DNA from: Candidatus Pacearchaeota archaeon
GTDB lineage: Archaea > Nanobdellota > Nanobdellia > Pacearchaeales > GW2011-AR1
Assembly (NCBI GenBank): GCA_018303925.1
Contig: JAGVXF010000007.1
Span: 56,775-120,774 of the forward strand
Length of the DNA stretch: 64,000 bases
Reading direction: 5' to 3'
This document shows positions 46,543 through 56,180 of the stretch, one piece after another. How positions within the stretch are numbered: the first letter of the stretch is position 1; every line of letters starts with the position of its first letter. The notes below the pieces were generated by a model. That model made no database searches, was not told the DNA's origin, and saw only the letters and a program-made list of their open reading frames with translations. The translations under genes and the position numbers were made by a program.

Positions 46543-47820
46543 ATGGCAGGTAAAATAGATGTAATTTTGAATGAAGTTTTTGAAAAAATAAATCCCTCTG
46601 AAAATGAATTGAAAGTGATAAATGAAAATCTGTTAGATTTTATGGATAAGATAAAAAAAAGAATAAAAAAATTCAAAATTGATTGTGATGTTTTTGTCGG
46701 AGGAAGTTTTCCAAAGAGAACCATTATAAAAAAAGATTTTTATGATGTGGATTTATTTTTGAGATATGGCAAAAGATATTCTGAAAAAGATTATCCGAAA
46801 CTTTCAAGGAAAATTTTAGGATTTACCAAGGGGATTATTGTAATTCATGGTTCAAGAGATTACTTTAAGGTAAAAGTAAGTCCGACTGTGTTTTTTGAGG
46901 TTGTTCCGGTGAAAAGAATAAAAAACCCCAAAGAGGCTCTTAATATTACGGATTTAAGTTATTTTCATGTAAACTATATAAAAAAGAAAATAAAATTAAA
47001 GAAGGTTTTAGAGGGGGTAAGGTTTGCAAAAGCATTTTGTCATGCATCAAAAACTTATGGAGCGGAATCTTATGTAAAAGGGTTTAGCGGATACTCCCTT
47101 GAACTTTTGATTTACTACTTTAAGAGTTTTGAGAATTTCCTGAAAATTCTTTCAAAAAAGAGAAGCGAAAAGTTGATTATTGACATTGAAAAGCAATACA
47201 AAAAAGAAAACGTCCTTTTTGACATGAATGGCTCAAAACTTGATTCACCTGTTATTTTGGTTGATCCCACGTACAAGGCAAGAAATGTTCTTGCGGCGCT
47301 TTCATATGAAACCTATGAGAGATTTCGCGAAAGCGCCGCTTCATTTTTGAAAAAGCCCTCTAAAGAATTTTTTGAATATAAAAAAATTGATTTTAATAAA
47401 TCTAAAAGTGGAGCGGAAAAGAAAGGGTTGGAATTTCTCAAGATTAGGATTAAAACAAAAAAAGAAAGAGGAGATATTGCCGGAACAAAACTTCTTAAAT
47501 TTTTCAATCATATGGCAAAAGAATTAGAAAAATATTTTGAAATAAGATATAAAGATTTTGAATACAGTGGGGGAAAAGCAGGTGAAGGATATTTTACTCT
47601 TAAATCCCGTAGGGAAATTGAATTCAGAGGGCCTTTTGTGAAAGACAAGAAAAATCTCATCAAATTCAAAAAAGAGCATACAAAAACATATGAAAAAAAA
47701 GGAAGAGTTTATGCTTTTGAGAAAATAGATTTTTCTCCGGGAGAATTTTTAGGTAAGTGGGTTGAAAAAAACAAAAAGAAGATTAAAGAGATGAGTATAA
47801 ACGGGGTTGAAGGGGGTTAG
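46543..47820 (+). CDS. cca: Archaeal class I CCA-adding enzyme (tRNA nucleotidyltransferase)
   Basis: VFVGGSFPKRTIIKKDFYDVDLFL (GS...D.D), GAESYVKGFSGYSLELLIYYF and LVDPTYKARNVLAALS match the archaeal CCA-adding enzyme blocks (GSYARNTWL..DIDVF, GFSGY..ELL, VVDPVD..RNVAA). Confidence 0.85.
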   Translation: MAGKIDVILNEVFEKINPSENELKVINENLLDFMDKIKKRIKKFKIDCDVFVGGSFPKRTIIKKDFYDVDLFLRYGKRYSEKDYPKLSRKILGFTKGIIVIHGSRDYFKVKVSPTVFFEVVPVKRIKNPKEALNITDLSYFHVNYIKKKIKLKKVLEGVRFAKAFCHASKTYGAESYVKGFSGYSLELLIYYFKSFENFLKILSKKRSEKLIIDIEKQYKKENVLFDMNGSKLDSPVILVDPTYKARNVLAALSYETYERFRESAASFLKKPSKEFFEYKKIDFNKSKSGAEKKGLEFLKIRIKTKKERGDIAGTKLLKFFNHMAKELEKYFEIRYKDFEYSGGKAGEGYFTLKSRREIEFRGPFVKDKKNLIKFKKEHTKTYEKKGRVYAFEKIDFSPGEFLGKWVEKNKKKIKEMSINGVEGG

Positions 47821-48101
47821 ATTTTCTTTTACCTTAAATATATATCTTATTTTTTTAGAGTCAAAATAAAATTTCCTTTCAAATCATAAAAATATTTTTT
47901 GTATCTACATAATGTCCTTTTCCAATTATTAACCCCATCTTAGTTTTCTTTTTTATAATTTGGTTTTCTATAGAATAAATCCCGATTCTTTCATTTCCTC
48001 TTGATGCAAATAAATTTCCATACTTTTCAATTTCTTCCAACATTTTTACCGATAACATTCTTCCAGTTATTATTTTTATAAAATCTGTTAATTTTTTCGT
48101 T

Positions 48102-48878
48102 TTAATCCTGAATTGCTATTTCAAAGAGTTTCGCGAAAGCTTCTGAGAAAAATTCCGAGTTGAGCCATATTGCCTGGTCGTTTTTGTCAGATTCTTTTTT
48201 AAGGTAGAACAGGACTTCTTTTCTGTCGACTATAAAAAACTTAGCGTCGATTTCAACAGCTTTGACTTTTATTTTTATTTCTTCAGAGAATCTTTTTATT
48301 TCTTCAGGGTTTCCTGAAAGTGCAATTTTAATTTTTATATTATTTTTTTTAAGTAAATCAAAAGTGTCAGTGAAAAGTCTTTCTTTTAATTTCATTTCCT
48401 TTAAGTTTGTGCAAATTATTACTTCTTTTTTTGCTGAGTCAATTATTTCTTTAAGGTGATTTGAAATTGTGCTTCTTCCCCTTATGGAAGCCGAAACATC
48501 CTCCCTTTTTACAGGGCTTATTCCGACATTATAAAGTTCCTCAAGCTGGTTAAATTCATCAGTTTCTTTTACTTTTAAAAGACTTTTGAATCTTTCTTCA
48601 GCATCGGTTCTTACGTTATTTTTTAATTTTTCAAGAATTATCCTCGGTTTAACTCCAAGGTATTTTACCGGTTTCCCGAGTTTAATTATTGCAAAGCCTT
48701 TTTTTTCAAGAGATTCCAAAACATCATAAGTTCTGGATCTCGGAACTCCTGAAATTGAAGCAATTTCACCTGCTGAAGCAGAACCTTTTCCAAGCAAAGC
48801 AAGCCAGACCTTCGTCTCATAAATGTTAAGTTCAAAGTAGTCCCTTATTTTCGCAATTAAATCACTTTTTACTAGCAT
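48102..48878 (-). CDS. TrmB-family transcriptional regulator
   Basis: N-terminal wHTH LNIYETKVWLALLGKGSASAGEIASISGVPRSRTYDVLESLEKKGF, typical of TrmB. 258 aa. Confidence 0.8.
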   Translation of the reverse strand: MLVKSDLIAKIRDYFELNIYETKVWLALLGKGSASAGEIASISGVPRSRTYDVLESLEKKGFAIIKLGKPVKYLGVKPRIILEKLKNNVRTDAEERFKSLLKVKETDEFNQLEELYNVGISPVKREDVSASIRGRSTISNHLKEIIDSAKKEVIICTNLKEMKLKERLFTDTFDLLKKNNIKIKIALSGNPEEIKRFSEEIKIKVKAVEIDAKFFIVDRKEVLFYLKKESDKNDQAIWLNSEFFSEAFAKLFEIAIQD

Positions 48879-48879
48879 T

Positions 48880-49272
48880 TTAGTTTTGTCCTCCTGAATT
48901 CGGATATTTTATTTTCCCTTTAACATGGAATTTTCTCTTTGAAAAAAGTTTTTTACGAGGGATTAATACTTTCTCCCCACGCCCATCTGTAACATAATCT
49001 TCATTTGTAGTTCCATCGATGAGGTGATAGTATTCGTTTAAAAGGTATAATTCAATGTTAATTCCATCCTCTCCAGGAGAAAGTTTAACCCTCCCCTTGA
49101 GTTCTAAGCTTGTCCATTTTTCCCCTAATAACAATCTATCCTTATCCAGATTTATCCCCAAAGCCGAAGCCAAGTTAATTAGTTTGTCTCCGTCAATTCT
49201 CTGTCCAAATAATTTTGTAGTAAGTCCCATTTTATCTTTCTTCCTCAAATTTAAATTTTCCATCAAAATCAT
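48880..49272 (-). CDS. Hypothetical protein, upstream of TrmB in the same operon
   Basis: 130-aa ORF that abuts the trmB start with a 1-nt gap. Confidence 0.4.
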   Translation of the reverse strand: MILMENLNLRKKDKMGLTTKLFGQRIDGDKLINLASALGINLDKDRLLLGEKWTSLELKGRVKLSPGEDGINIELYLLNEYYHLIDGTTNEDYVTDGRGEKVLIPRKKLFSKRKFHVKGKIKYPNSGGQN

Positions 49273-49561
49273 GTTCTATTTTCATAATTGTGTTGTCTAG
49301 TGTGTCTTTGTTTGGACCTACTAATAGAACAAATGGATTTTTTGCGCCGTTAATTTTCAAAAATATTCCCTCAAAATCAAATGAGGAAATTTCTTCGTAA
49401 TTTCCTTTGAATATTTTTTTTAGGGCATATTTTTCAGTAAATTCATCATAAAAATCCCAATATCTATAGTCATTGATTCCTTCTATTTCCTTAAGCAACT
49501 TATTCTTATTATCTTTTATGAGATAAGTTTTATATACCATGTAATTACCCAGTAACAACAC
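49232..49561 (-). CDS. Hypothetical protein
   Basis: 109-aa ORF overlapping the next gene by 41 nt. Coding-like composition. Confidence 0.35.
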   Translation of the reverse strand: MLLLGNYMVYKTYLIKDNKNKLLKEIEGINDYRYWDFYDEFTEKYALKKIFKGNYEEISSFDFEGIFLKINGAKNPFVLLVGPNKDTLDNTIMKIEHDFDGKFKFEEER

Positions 49562-49800
49562 CTTTATAAACTTTTCGATGTGTTATTTTTTGATAGGGGT
49601 GACAATTTGGAAAGAAGGATATTTATTTAAAACTTTATCTCACTTTTAAAGATATCCTCTAATTTGAGGGAACATGGGAATCCCATCCGGTCAAAGATTC
49701 ATTTATAGAAAAAATTATCCCTTTTCATCCGATTTCTTTGGAGGTTGTAAGTAAAAGTTATGTAAAGAAAGTTCTGAATAAATTCAGGAAATTGAGGATT

Positions 49801-50751
49801 CTAAATCAAAAAAAGATAACTAATAATTAATGCTAAAATTATTCCTGCACTTATAAAAGGCATTGCGGGATACATTACTTTCTTTTTTCCGAGGAATAGT
49901 AAAATAGTTAAGCCCAATGTAGCCCCTGTGATAACAAGGATTGCAGGAGCAAGACCCCATGTTTTCAAAATAACTCCTGAAGTGATTATAGGATAAACTA
50001 TGTCTCCTCCTCCAAGAATAGCAAGGTTTATTTTTAACCTGGACTTTTTGAGTTCTTTTTCAAGTTTCTTTTTTGACCTGAATTTTCCTCTTAAAATTTT
50101 TATTTTTTCCTTTGTTTTTTTTGAAGCGTAGGGAATAAAAAATCCCCCGAAGACATTTAACTTTTCCATCTGGAATTTTGCCATTTTTTGCATTATTTTT
50201 GACTTCCATACGGCCCACATATCGTAACCTGAAATTATTAAAAGAAGAATTATGACTGCGGTCAAGCTTAAAATCGGAACAAAAACCGTAGCAATTCCCG
50301 GGTAAATAAGGAGTTCAGTTAGATTGTGAGCAATAAAATTTTGCCTGTAAAATTTAAGAATAACCAAAGGAACTGCAATTGCAAGGCCTATTATTGATGC
50401 ATATTTAATTTCTGGGAGTACGGCTGTGAATGAAATTCCAAGTGCAATTGTGCTCACTACAAAAAACCAGGTTCTCATTATGAACCTTGCATTTATTTTA
50501 ATAAGTAAAAAAATAAGTGAAACTGCAATTATAAGAGAAATCAAAAACGAAATCAAAATAGAGGCTGAGTCAATGTTTTCGTCGTTCATATCAAACTCCA
50601 TTCCGTATGGGAGGCCTTTTCCTGTTGAATTTACAATTTCTCCATTAACGACTTTTTCCTGTGCATAAGTATTCACTACATAGAGTCCTATAAATTGGGC
50701 AATTAAAAACATAATAAGGATAATTATTGTGATTTTTTTATTGTGTTTCAT
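49801..50751 (-). CDS. Presenilin/signal-peptide-peptidase family intramembrane aspartyl protease (A22)
   Basis: Multi-pass membrane protein with YD (SGYDMWAV), GxGD (LGGGDIVYP) and PAL-like (YPAMPF) motifs in the canonical order. Confidence 0.7.
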   Translation of the reverse strand: MKHNKKITIIILIMFLIAQFIGLYVVNTYAQEKVVNGEIVNSTGKGLPYGMEFDMNDENIDSASILISFLISLIIAVSLIFLLIKINARFIMRTWFFVVSTIALGISFTAVLPEIKYASIIGLAIAVPLVILKFYRQNFIAHNLTELLIYPGIATVFVPILSLTAVIILLLIISGYDMWAVWKSKIMQKMAKFQMEKLNVFGGFFIPYASKKTKEKIKILRGKFRSKKKLEKELKKSRLKINLAILGGGDIVYPIITSGVILKTWGLAPAILVITGATLGLTILLFLGKKKVMYPAMPFISAGIILALIISYLFLI

Positions 50752-50903
50752 AGATTGGATAAGAAAAATTAGTTTAAAAGGTGTTTGAAAAAAGGATTGA
50801 TAATCTTGGCGGATAATCGGCGAATATGACTAAATTTTTCATGTTTAAAGTTCAAAATTTAAACCACAATAAAATTTATTAACCCCCAATTCGCAGAACT
50901 TTT

Positions 50904-51443
50904 ATGAAAGAAGTTTATTTTGTAACGGGAAACCGGGATAAGTACAGCGAAGTAAATGAAATTATGGGGGAAAAGATGAATCATGTTGATTTGAACTTAA
51001 CGGAAATTCAGTCAGGGGATATTTATGAAATTACAAAAGACAAGGTAAAGAGAGCTTATGAAATCCTGGGAAGACCGGTTGTTGTTGAGGATATAGGATT
51101 TTACTTAGAATGTTTAAACAAGTTTCCTGGTCCTCTTATAAAATTTTTTATTTCTTCAATTGGAATTGATGGGATTTATGAGCTTGTTAAAAATTACAAA
51201 GAAAAAACAGCAATTGTAAGGTGTGTTGTATGTTATTTCGACGGAAATGAGCTTCACTTTTTTACAGGGGATGTTAGGGGGAAAATTATTTCTCCAAAAG
51301 GGAAAGAAAATTTTGGTTTTGACCCAATTTTTCAGCCCGATGGAAAAAAGAAAACGCTTTCACAAATGGGAAAAGAAAAACATAACGTTTCGCATAGGGG
51401 GATTGCCTGGAGAAAGTTTAAGGATTTCTTGGAGAAGAATTGA
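50904..51443 (+). CDS. Non-canonical purine NTP pyrophosphatase (Ham1/RdgB ITPase)
   Basis: TGNRDK near the N-terminus, GFDPIFQPDG and SHRG motifs. Confidence 0.85.
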   Translation: MKEVYFVTGNRDKYSEVNEIMGEKMNHVDLNLTEIQSGDIYEITKDKVKRAYEILGRPVVVEDIGFYLECLNKFPGPLIKFFISSIGIDGIYELVKNYKEKTAIVRCVVCYFDGNELHFFTGDVRGKIISPKGKENFGFDPIFQPDGKKKTLSQMGKEKHNVSHRGIAWRKFKDFLEKN

Positions 51444-51445
51444 AA

Positions 51446-53332
51446 TTATCTTAACCTAATTGTCTCAAGGCCCCTCGGAACAGTTGTTTCAATCCTGTTT
51501 GCTTTGTATATTGATGAAGCAAGATCGAGAGATTTTGAAACTTCGCCATGATTTACAATCACCCTTTTTGGTTTTGGTTCCATATTTTTTACATAATTCA
51601 TCAGTTCGTTTCTTCCGGAGTGAGGTGAGAGACCGTTCACGAGTTCTACCCTCATTTTAACTTCTAAGTTTTTGCTTCCGTTTTCATCATCAATTGTGAC
51701 ATTTTTTGCACCTTCCTGAAGCGCCCGCCCTATTGAACCAGGGCCCTGGTAACAACTGAGAATCAAAAGATTATGGGGGTTATCTGCAAAGTGTTTTAAG
51801 TATTCAACTGAAGCACCCCCAACAAGCATACCTGAAGTTGCAATAACTATGCATGGACCTCCGTCTATCACGGCTTTTCTTTCCTGAGGAGACCCTACTC
51901 TTGAAAAAATATCTGAAGTGAAAGGATTGTTGTCCTGAAAAACCTGGTTTCTTACGCTAGCTGATAAAAAATCAGGATAAGCAGTATGGATGGCGTTTAT
52001 GTCCCATATCATTCCGTCAATATACATTGGGATTTTTGGAAGATCTCCCTTTCTTATTGCTTCTTCAACTCTAAGAAGAGTTTCCTGTGCATGACCAAGT
52101 CCTAATTCAGGAAGAAGAACTTTCCCGCCTTTTTCGACAGTTTCTTTTACAAGATGAAGGAAAAGTTCATCAGTAACTTGTCTTGGCGGGAGAATATCAT
52201 TTTTTCCACCGTAAGTTGATTCAATTTGCATGGTTTCAACCCTTGGAAATTTATTCACGGCAGGATCAAGAAGTCTTGTTCTTCCGTATTTTGTGTCTCC
52301 AGAATAAAGAAAATTGTGTGCGCCGTTTCCTATATTAATGTGAATCTGCGCCGAACCCAAAACGTGCCCTGCATTGTAAAATGTGATTCTTATATCAGGG
52401 GTTATATCATGAACTTCATTATAGTTTAAGCAGATAGTCCTTTTGACCATTTCAGATACATCAGTTGAAGAAAAAATAGGCGCTGCCGCCTGCTTGTATG
52501 AAACTCCTATAAAATCAAGAGCCAAAAGTGAAGCAATGTCTCTTGTTGGGGCAGTCATGTAAGCTGGGCCTTTATATCCCATTTTGTAAAGATATGGCAA
52601 AAGTCCGCTGTGGTCAAGGTGAGCATGGGATAAAATTATTGCATCAAGATGCGAGATATCAAACTCTGGAACATTAAAAACCGGAAATTTATCTTTTCCT
52701 GAAGAGGCAACATCAACTCCGCAGTCAAGAAGAACCCGTGAATTTGGAGTCTGCAATAAAAAGCAGCTTCTTCCAACCTGCCTTCCTCCTCCAAGAATTG
52801 TGACTCTTGCCCACCCTTCTGACTTTTCCTGAGTCCATCCCGAATAAATTTTTTCACCGACTTCATTTAAGAATTTTTTTCTATCCTTATTTTTAGCATA
52901 TAGGACGCTTCTTATATTTTCGGTTATTTTTGATTTTATTGCGGGGCTTCTTTGGACAACAGGGGTCCATAAAGTGGATTTTTTAATTTCTTCTAAAATT
53001 GAACCCTGTTTTCCTATTACAAGCCCCGGTTTTTTTGCCTCAATTGTCACAGAGCTTCTGTGCAGATCAAAAAGTATGTCTGTAATTTCGGCCTCTGCCG
53101 GGACAATTTCTTTTATTTTTTTTTCAGTTGATTCTTTATCTGGAAGAATCTTTTCATCGGCCCTTAGTTCAATTCTTTTTTTTATATCATTAACAATCTC
53201 TCTTATTTTTCCGTTGCTGTCTTTGAAAAAGTTTTCATTTTTTGTATAAAGAACTATATTTGCTCCTTCAAATGAAGCTTCCGAAACTTCTCCGTGAAGT
53301 CTCTCTGTAATATTTTTCAAGATTTCTAGCAT
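51446..53332 (-). CDS. aCPSF1 (FttA) beta-CASP ribonuclease with N-terminal KH domains
   Basis: N-terminal KH-like region. MBL motif HAHLDHSG. Beta-CASP C-terminal region. 628 aa. Confidence 0.9.
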   Translation of the reverse strand: MLEILKNITERLHGEVSEASFEGANIVLYTKNENFFKDSNGKIREIVNDIKKRIELRADEKILPDKESTEKKIKEIVPAEAEITDILFDLHRSSVTIEAKKPGLVIGKQGSILEEIKKSTLWTPVVQRSPAIKSKITENIRSVLYAKNKDRKKFLNEVGEKIYSGWTQEKSEGWARVTILGGGRQVGRSCFLLQTPNSRVLLDCGVDVASSGKDKFPVFNVPEFDISHLDAIILSHAHLDHSGLLPYLYKMGYKGPAYMTAPTRDIASLLALDFIGVSYKQAAAPIFSSTDVSEMVKRTICLNYNEVHDITPDIRITFYNAGHVLGSAQIHINIGNGAHNFLYSGDTKYGRTRLLDPAVNKFPRVETMQIESTYGGKNDILPPRQVTDELFLHLVKETVEKGGKVLLPELGLGHAQETLLRVEEAIRKGDLPKIPMYIDGMIWDINAIHTAYPDFLSASVRNQVFQDNNPFTSDIFSRVGSPQERKAVIDGGPCIVIATSGMLVGGASVEYLKHFADNPHNLLILSCYQGPGSIGRALQEGAKNVTIDDENGSKNLEVKMRVELVNGLSPHSGRNELMNYVKNMEPKPKRVIVNHGEVSKSLDLASSIYKANRIETTVPRGLETIRLR

Positions 53333-53360
53333 TTTTCTTTCTTTTATTTAAATTAAAAAA

Positions 53361-53999
53361 TTATTCCCTTTCTTTAAAACCCGGTTCTATAACTTCATTG
53401 ACAACTTGTTTAATACCTTCTTTAGTTATAGAATAAATGTCAATTCCGTTCCCAGACCCAGTATCCCTTTGAGTTGAGGATTTTATTGCTTCTTTTGCAA
53501 GTTCAACACATTCTTTAACGCTCATCCCTTTTTTGTATTGTCTTTCAAGAAGCCCAAGAACATAAGACATCCCTGAACCCCAGTTTGCATCATAATCTTC
53601 AACTTTCATAATATGTCCAGCAGGGTCAGTTGAATAAAGATCTACTGAGCCATCTTCATTAAACCCTCCTAAGAGGTATGCGGATTGACCAGATGTTCTA
53701 AAGTTTGATAAAAGTCCAGCGGCCTGCTTTACTGTAGGGCGGGATTTTGACCTTAATTCTTTTAGTTTTAGTTCTGCAGATAGGTATTTTGGAACTTTTT
53801 GCGCTTCCGCAGCGCTTCCGCATCCTGCCATTACAAGATATCCATTTATGGGCTGGACTTTCCTTTCATTTTTTGAAACTACAACAGCGCCTCCAGCTGA
53901 GGCTCTTCGGTCTCCCGCCATTACAACTCCGTCTTTACAGACAATTCCTAAGATTGTCGTTCCTGTTTTTAAAATATTTTTCTTAAAGTCTTCATCCAT
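53361..53999 (-). CDS. psmB: Proteasome subunit beta
   Basis: Propeptide followed by TGTTILGIVCKDGVVMAGDRRAS (N-terminal Thr nucleophile context). 212 aa. Confidence 0.9.
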   Translation of the reverse strand: MDEDFKKNILKTGTTILGIVCKDGVVMAGDRRASAGGAVVVSKNERKVQPINGYLVMAGCGSAAEAQKVPKYLSAELKLKELRSKSRPTVKQAAGLLSNFRTSGQSAYLLGGFNEDGSVDLYSTDPAGHIMKVEDYDANWGSGMSYVLGLLERQYKKGMSVKECVELAKEAIKSSTQRDTGSGNGIDIYSITKEGIKQVVNEVIEPGFKERE

Positions 54000-54076
54000 T
54001 TTCTAATAAGATTCTTTAGAATTTATAAATTTAATGGGAACTAATAATTTATAAAGATTTCTGTTTTTGGGATTTA

Positions 54077-55843
54077 ATGAAAACTGAGTGGGATTTAGGG
54101 GGGCTTAAGTCTGACTTTGAAAAAGAGAGAGTTTTGATAGAGAAAATAAATGATAACTTTAAAAATAAGTGGGAAAAAGACTCAACTTATCTTGAAAATC
54201 CTCTTAAACTCAAAGAAGCGCTTGATGAAATTGAAAAAATTTCGGAGAAATTTTCTAAGGGAGGAAATGAGTTTGATTACTACTTCCTTAATCAGGAGCT
54301 TAATCAAAATGATGCCGAAATAAGACGAAAATTTCTTAGTGCTGATGAATTTATAAAAAAACAGTCCAATAAAATAATATTTTTTTCAATAAACCTTTCA
54401 AAAATAGGTGAAGAGAGAAAAAAAGAATTCTTACAAAACCCCATCCTTAAAAAATACCATCCTTATCTTTTTGAACTTTTTGAGAATGCAAAGCATATAT
54501 TATCTGAAAAAGAGGAAAAAATTCTTACTCTTAAGGAAAATGCGTCTTATGGCATGTGGGTCAGAATGGTTTCTTCACTCCTTTCTAAAGAAACGAGAAT
54601 TAGCATCGATGAAAAAGGCGAAAAAAAAGAATTTGTTTATTCAGAGCTCATGAATCTTATGAAGTCAGCAGACAAAAAAGTCAGATTAAGCGCAAAAAAG
54701 GCTTTTGAGGATATTTTAAAAAAATATGAAGAAATTGCAGAATTTGAGATTAATGCAGTCCTTGAGGAAGCAAAAATTAATGATGAACTTCGTGGATTTA
54801 CACGTGCTGATGAAGCGAGGATAAAATCAGATTCAATTGATTTTGATTTTGTCAATTCAGTTCTTGAAGCAGTTAAAGAAAAGTTTTCAATTTCCCGGGA
54901 ATATTATAAACTAAAAGCCACATTAATGGGCCAAAAAAAGATTGGGTATTCTGAAAGGACAGCCGAACTAAAAAAAGTTGAAAAAATATTTGATTTAGAC
55001 TCGGCGGTTGAAATTATAAAAAAAGTTTTTTCAAAACTTGACAAAAATTTTACTTATATTTTTGAGGATATGCTTAAATCCGGAAAAATTGATTTTTTTC
55101 CTAAAATCGGAAAAAACGGCGGTGCGTTTTGTGTGAGCTTTGGAAAGAATAAACCGGTTTATGTTCTTTTAAATTATACAAATAAACTAAGGGATGTTGC
55201 GGTGATTTCTCATGAGATGGGACATGCAATAAACTATAAACTTATGAAAAAGGAGCCTTCAATTTACTATGACCTTCCAAAATCAACAGGTGAAGTTGCT
55301 TCAACTTTTATGGAAGATTTTATCTACAAAGAGATAATGGAAGAATTAAGTGAAGAGGACAGATTTTTTTTGAAGATTGCAAGATTTGAAGACGACCTTG
55401 CAACAATCCCAAGACAAATTGCCCTTTACTTTTTTGAGCTGGAGATTCATGAATCTTACAGGAAAGAAGGTTATTTATCAAAGGAAAAGATTGGGAAAAT
55501 TTTTGTAAAGCACATGTCTGAATATTTGGGAAAATCTGTTGATATGAAAAATGCCAATTTGTGGTGGGTTTATTGGGAGCATATAAGGCTTTTCTTTTAT
55601 GTTTATTCCTACGCTTCAGGGCTTTTAATCTCAAAAGCAATGCAAAAAAAGTACAGGAGAGACAAAAATTTTATTGAAAAAATAAAATTATTTTTATCAA
55701 CGGGAACAAGCAAAAGACCCCGTGAAATTTTTAAGGAACTTGGAATTGAAATCAGCAAAGATTTCTTTTTGGAAGGGTTAAGTGAAATGGAGAGGGATTT
55801 TGAAGAAATAAAAAATTTAGGTAAAAAACTGGGGAAGATTTAA
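54077..55843 (+). CDS. pepF: Oligoendopeptidase F (M3 family)
   Basis: HEMGHAINY zinc motif (HExxH). 588 aa with an M3B-type profile. Confidence 0.85.
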   Translation: MKTEWDLGGLKSDFEKERVLIEKINDNFKNKWEKDSTYLENPLKLKEALDEIEKISEKFSKGGNEFDYYFLNQELNQNDAEIRRKFLSADEFIKKQSNKIIFFSINLSKIGEERKKEFLQNPILKKYHPYLFELFENAKHILSEKEEKILTLKENASYGMWVRMVSSLLSKETRISIDEKGEKKEFVYSELMNLMKSADKKVRLSAKKAFEDILKKYEEIAEFEINAVLEEAKINDELRGFTRADEARIKSDSIDFDFVNSVLEAVKEKFSISREYYKLKATLMGQKKIGYSERTAELKKVEKIFDLDSAVEIIKKVFSKLDKNFTYIFEDMLKSGKIDFFPKIGKNGGAFCVSFGKNKPVYVLLNYTNKLRDVAVISHEMGHAINYKLMKKEPSIYYDLPKSTGEVASTFMEDFIYKEIMEELSEEDRFFLKIARFEDDLATIPRQIALYFFELEIHESYRKEGYLSKEKIGKIFVKHMSEYLGKSVDMKNANLWWVYWEHIRLFFYVYSYASGLLISKAMQKKYRRDKNFIEKIKLFLSTGTSKRPREIFKELGIEISKDFFLEGLSEMERDFEEIKNLGKKLGKI

Positions 55844-56180
55844 AGGGTTTCCAAATCCTATTCAAACAGAAGGGGGGTTTGGGTTGAAACTGATAGTGAA
55901 GGTCTTGAAAAAATAAAAAATAATACTTTTGAAACTATCCTTAATTTTAGTGAGAGAGGTGAAAAAAGAAGGGAAATTATAATGTCAGTTAATTATTCTG
56001 AAAATCAAAGAGAGCCTACTGGGGTTTATGGTGAATCCGAAGGAGTTTATTTTTGGGATTGTGATAAATTATTTTTTACAATAAATAAAGATTATCTGGA
56101 CCATCTGGTTTGATATAATCGTTGCGATGAAAGGTTTATGGGTTCAGACAGACTTAAGATAGAGATAAAAGATTAATTTT

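Noticed and set aside
47880-48059. 59-aa minus-strand ORF (MLSVKMLEEIEKYGNLFASRGNERIGIYS...) in the gap between the cca gene and trmB
   Set aside because: No motif, and it is below the usual length threshold. It could be a real micro-protein, but I cannot support it.
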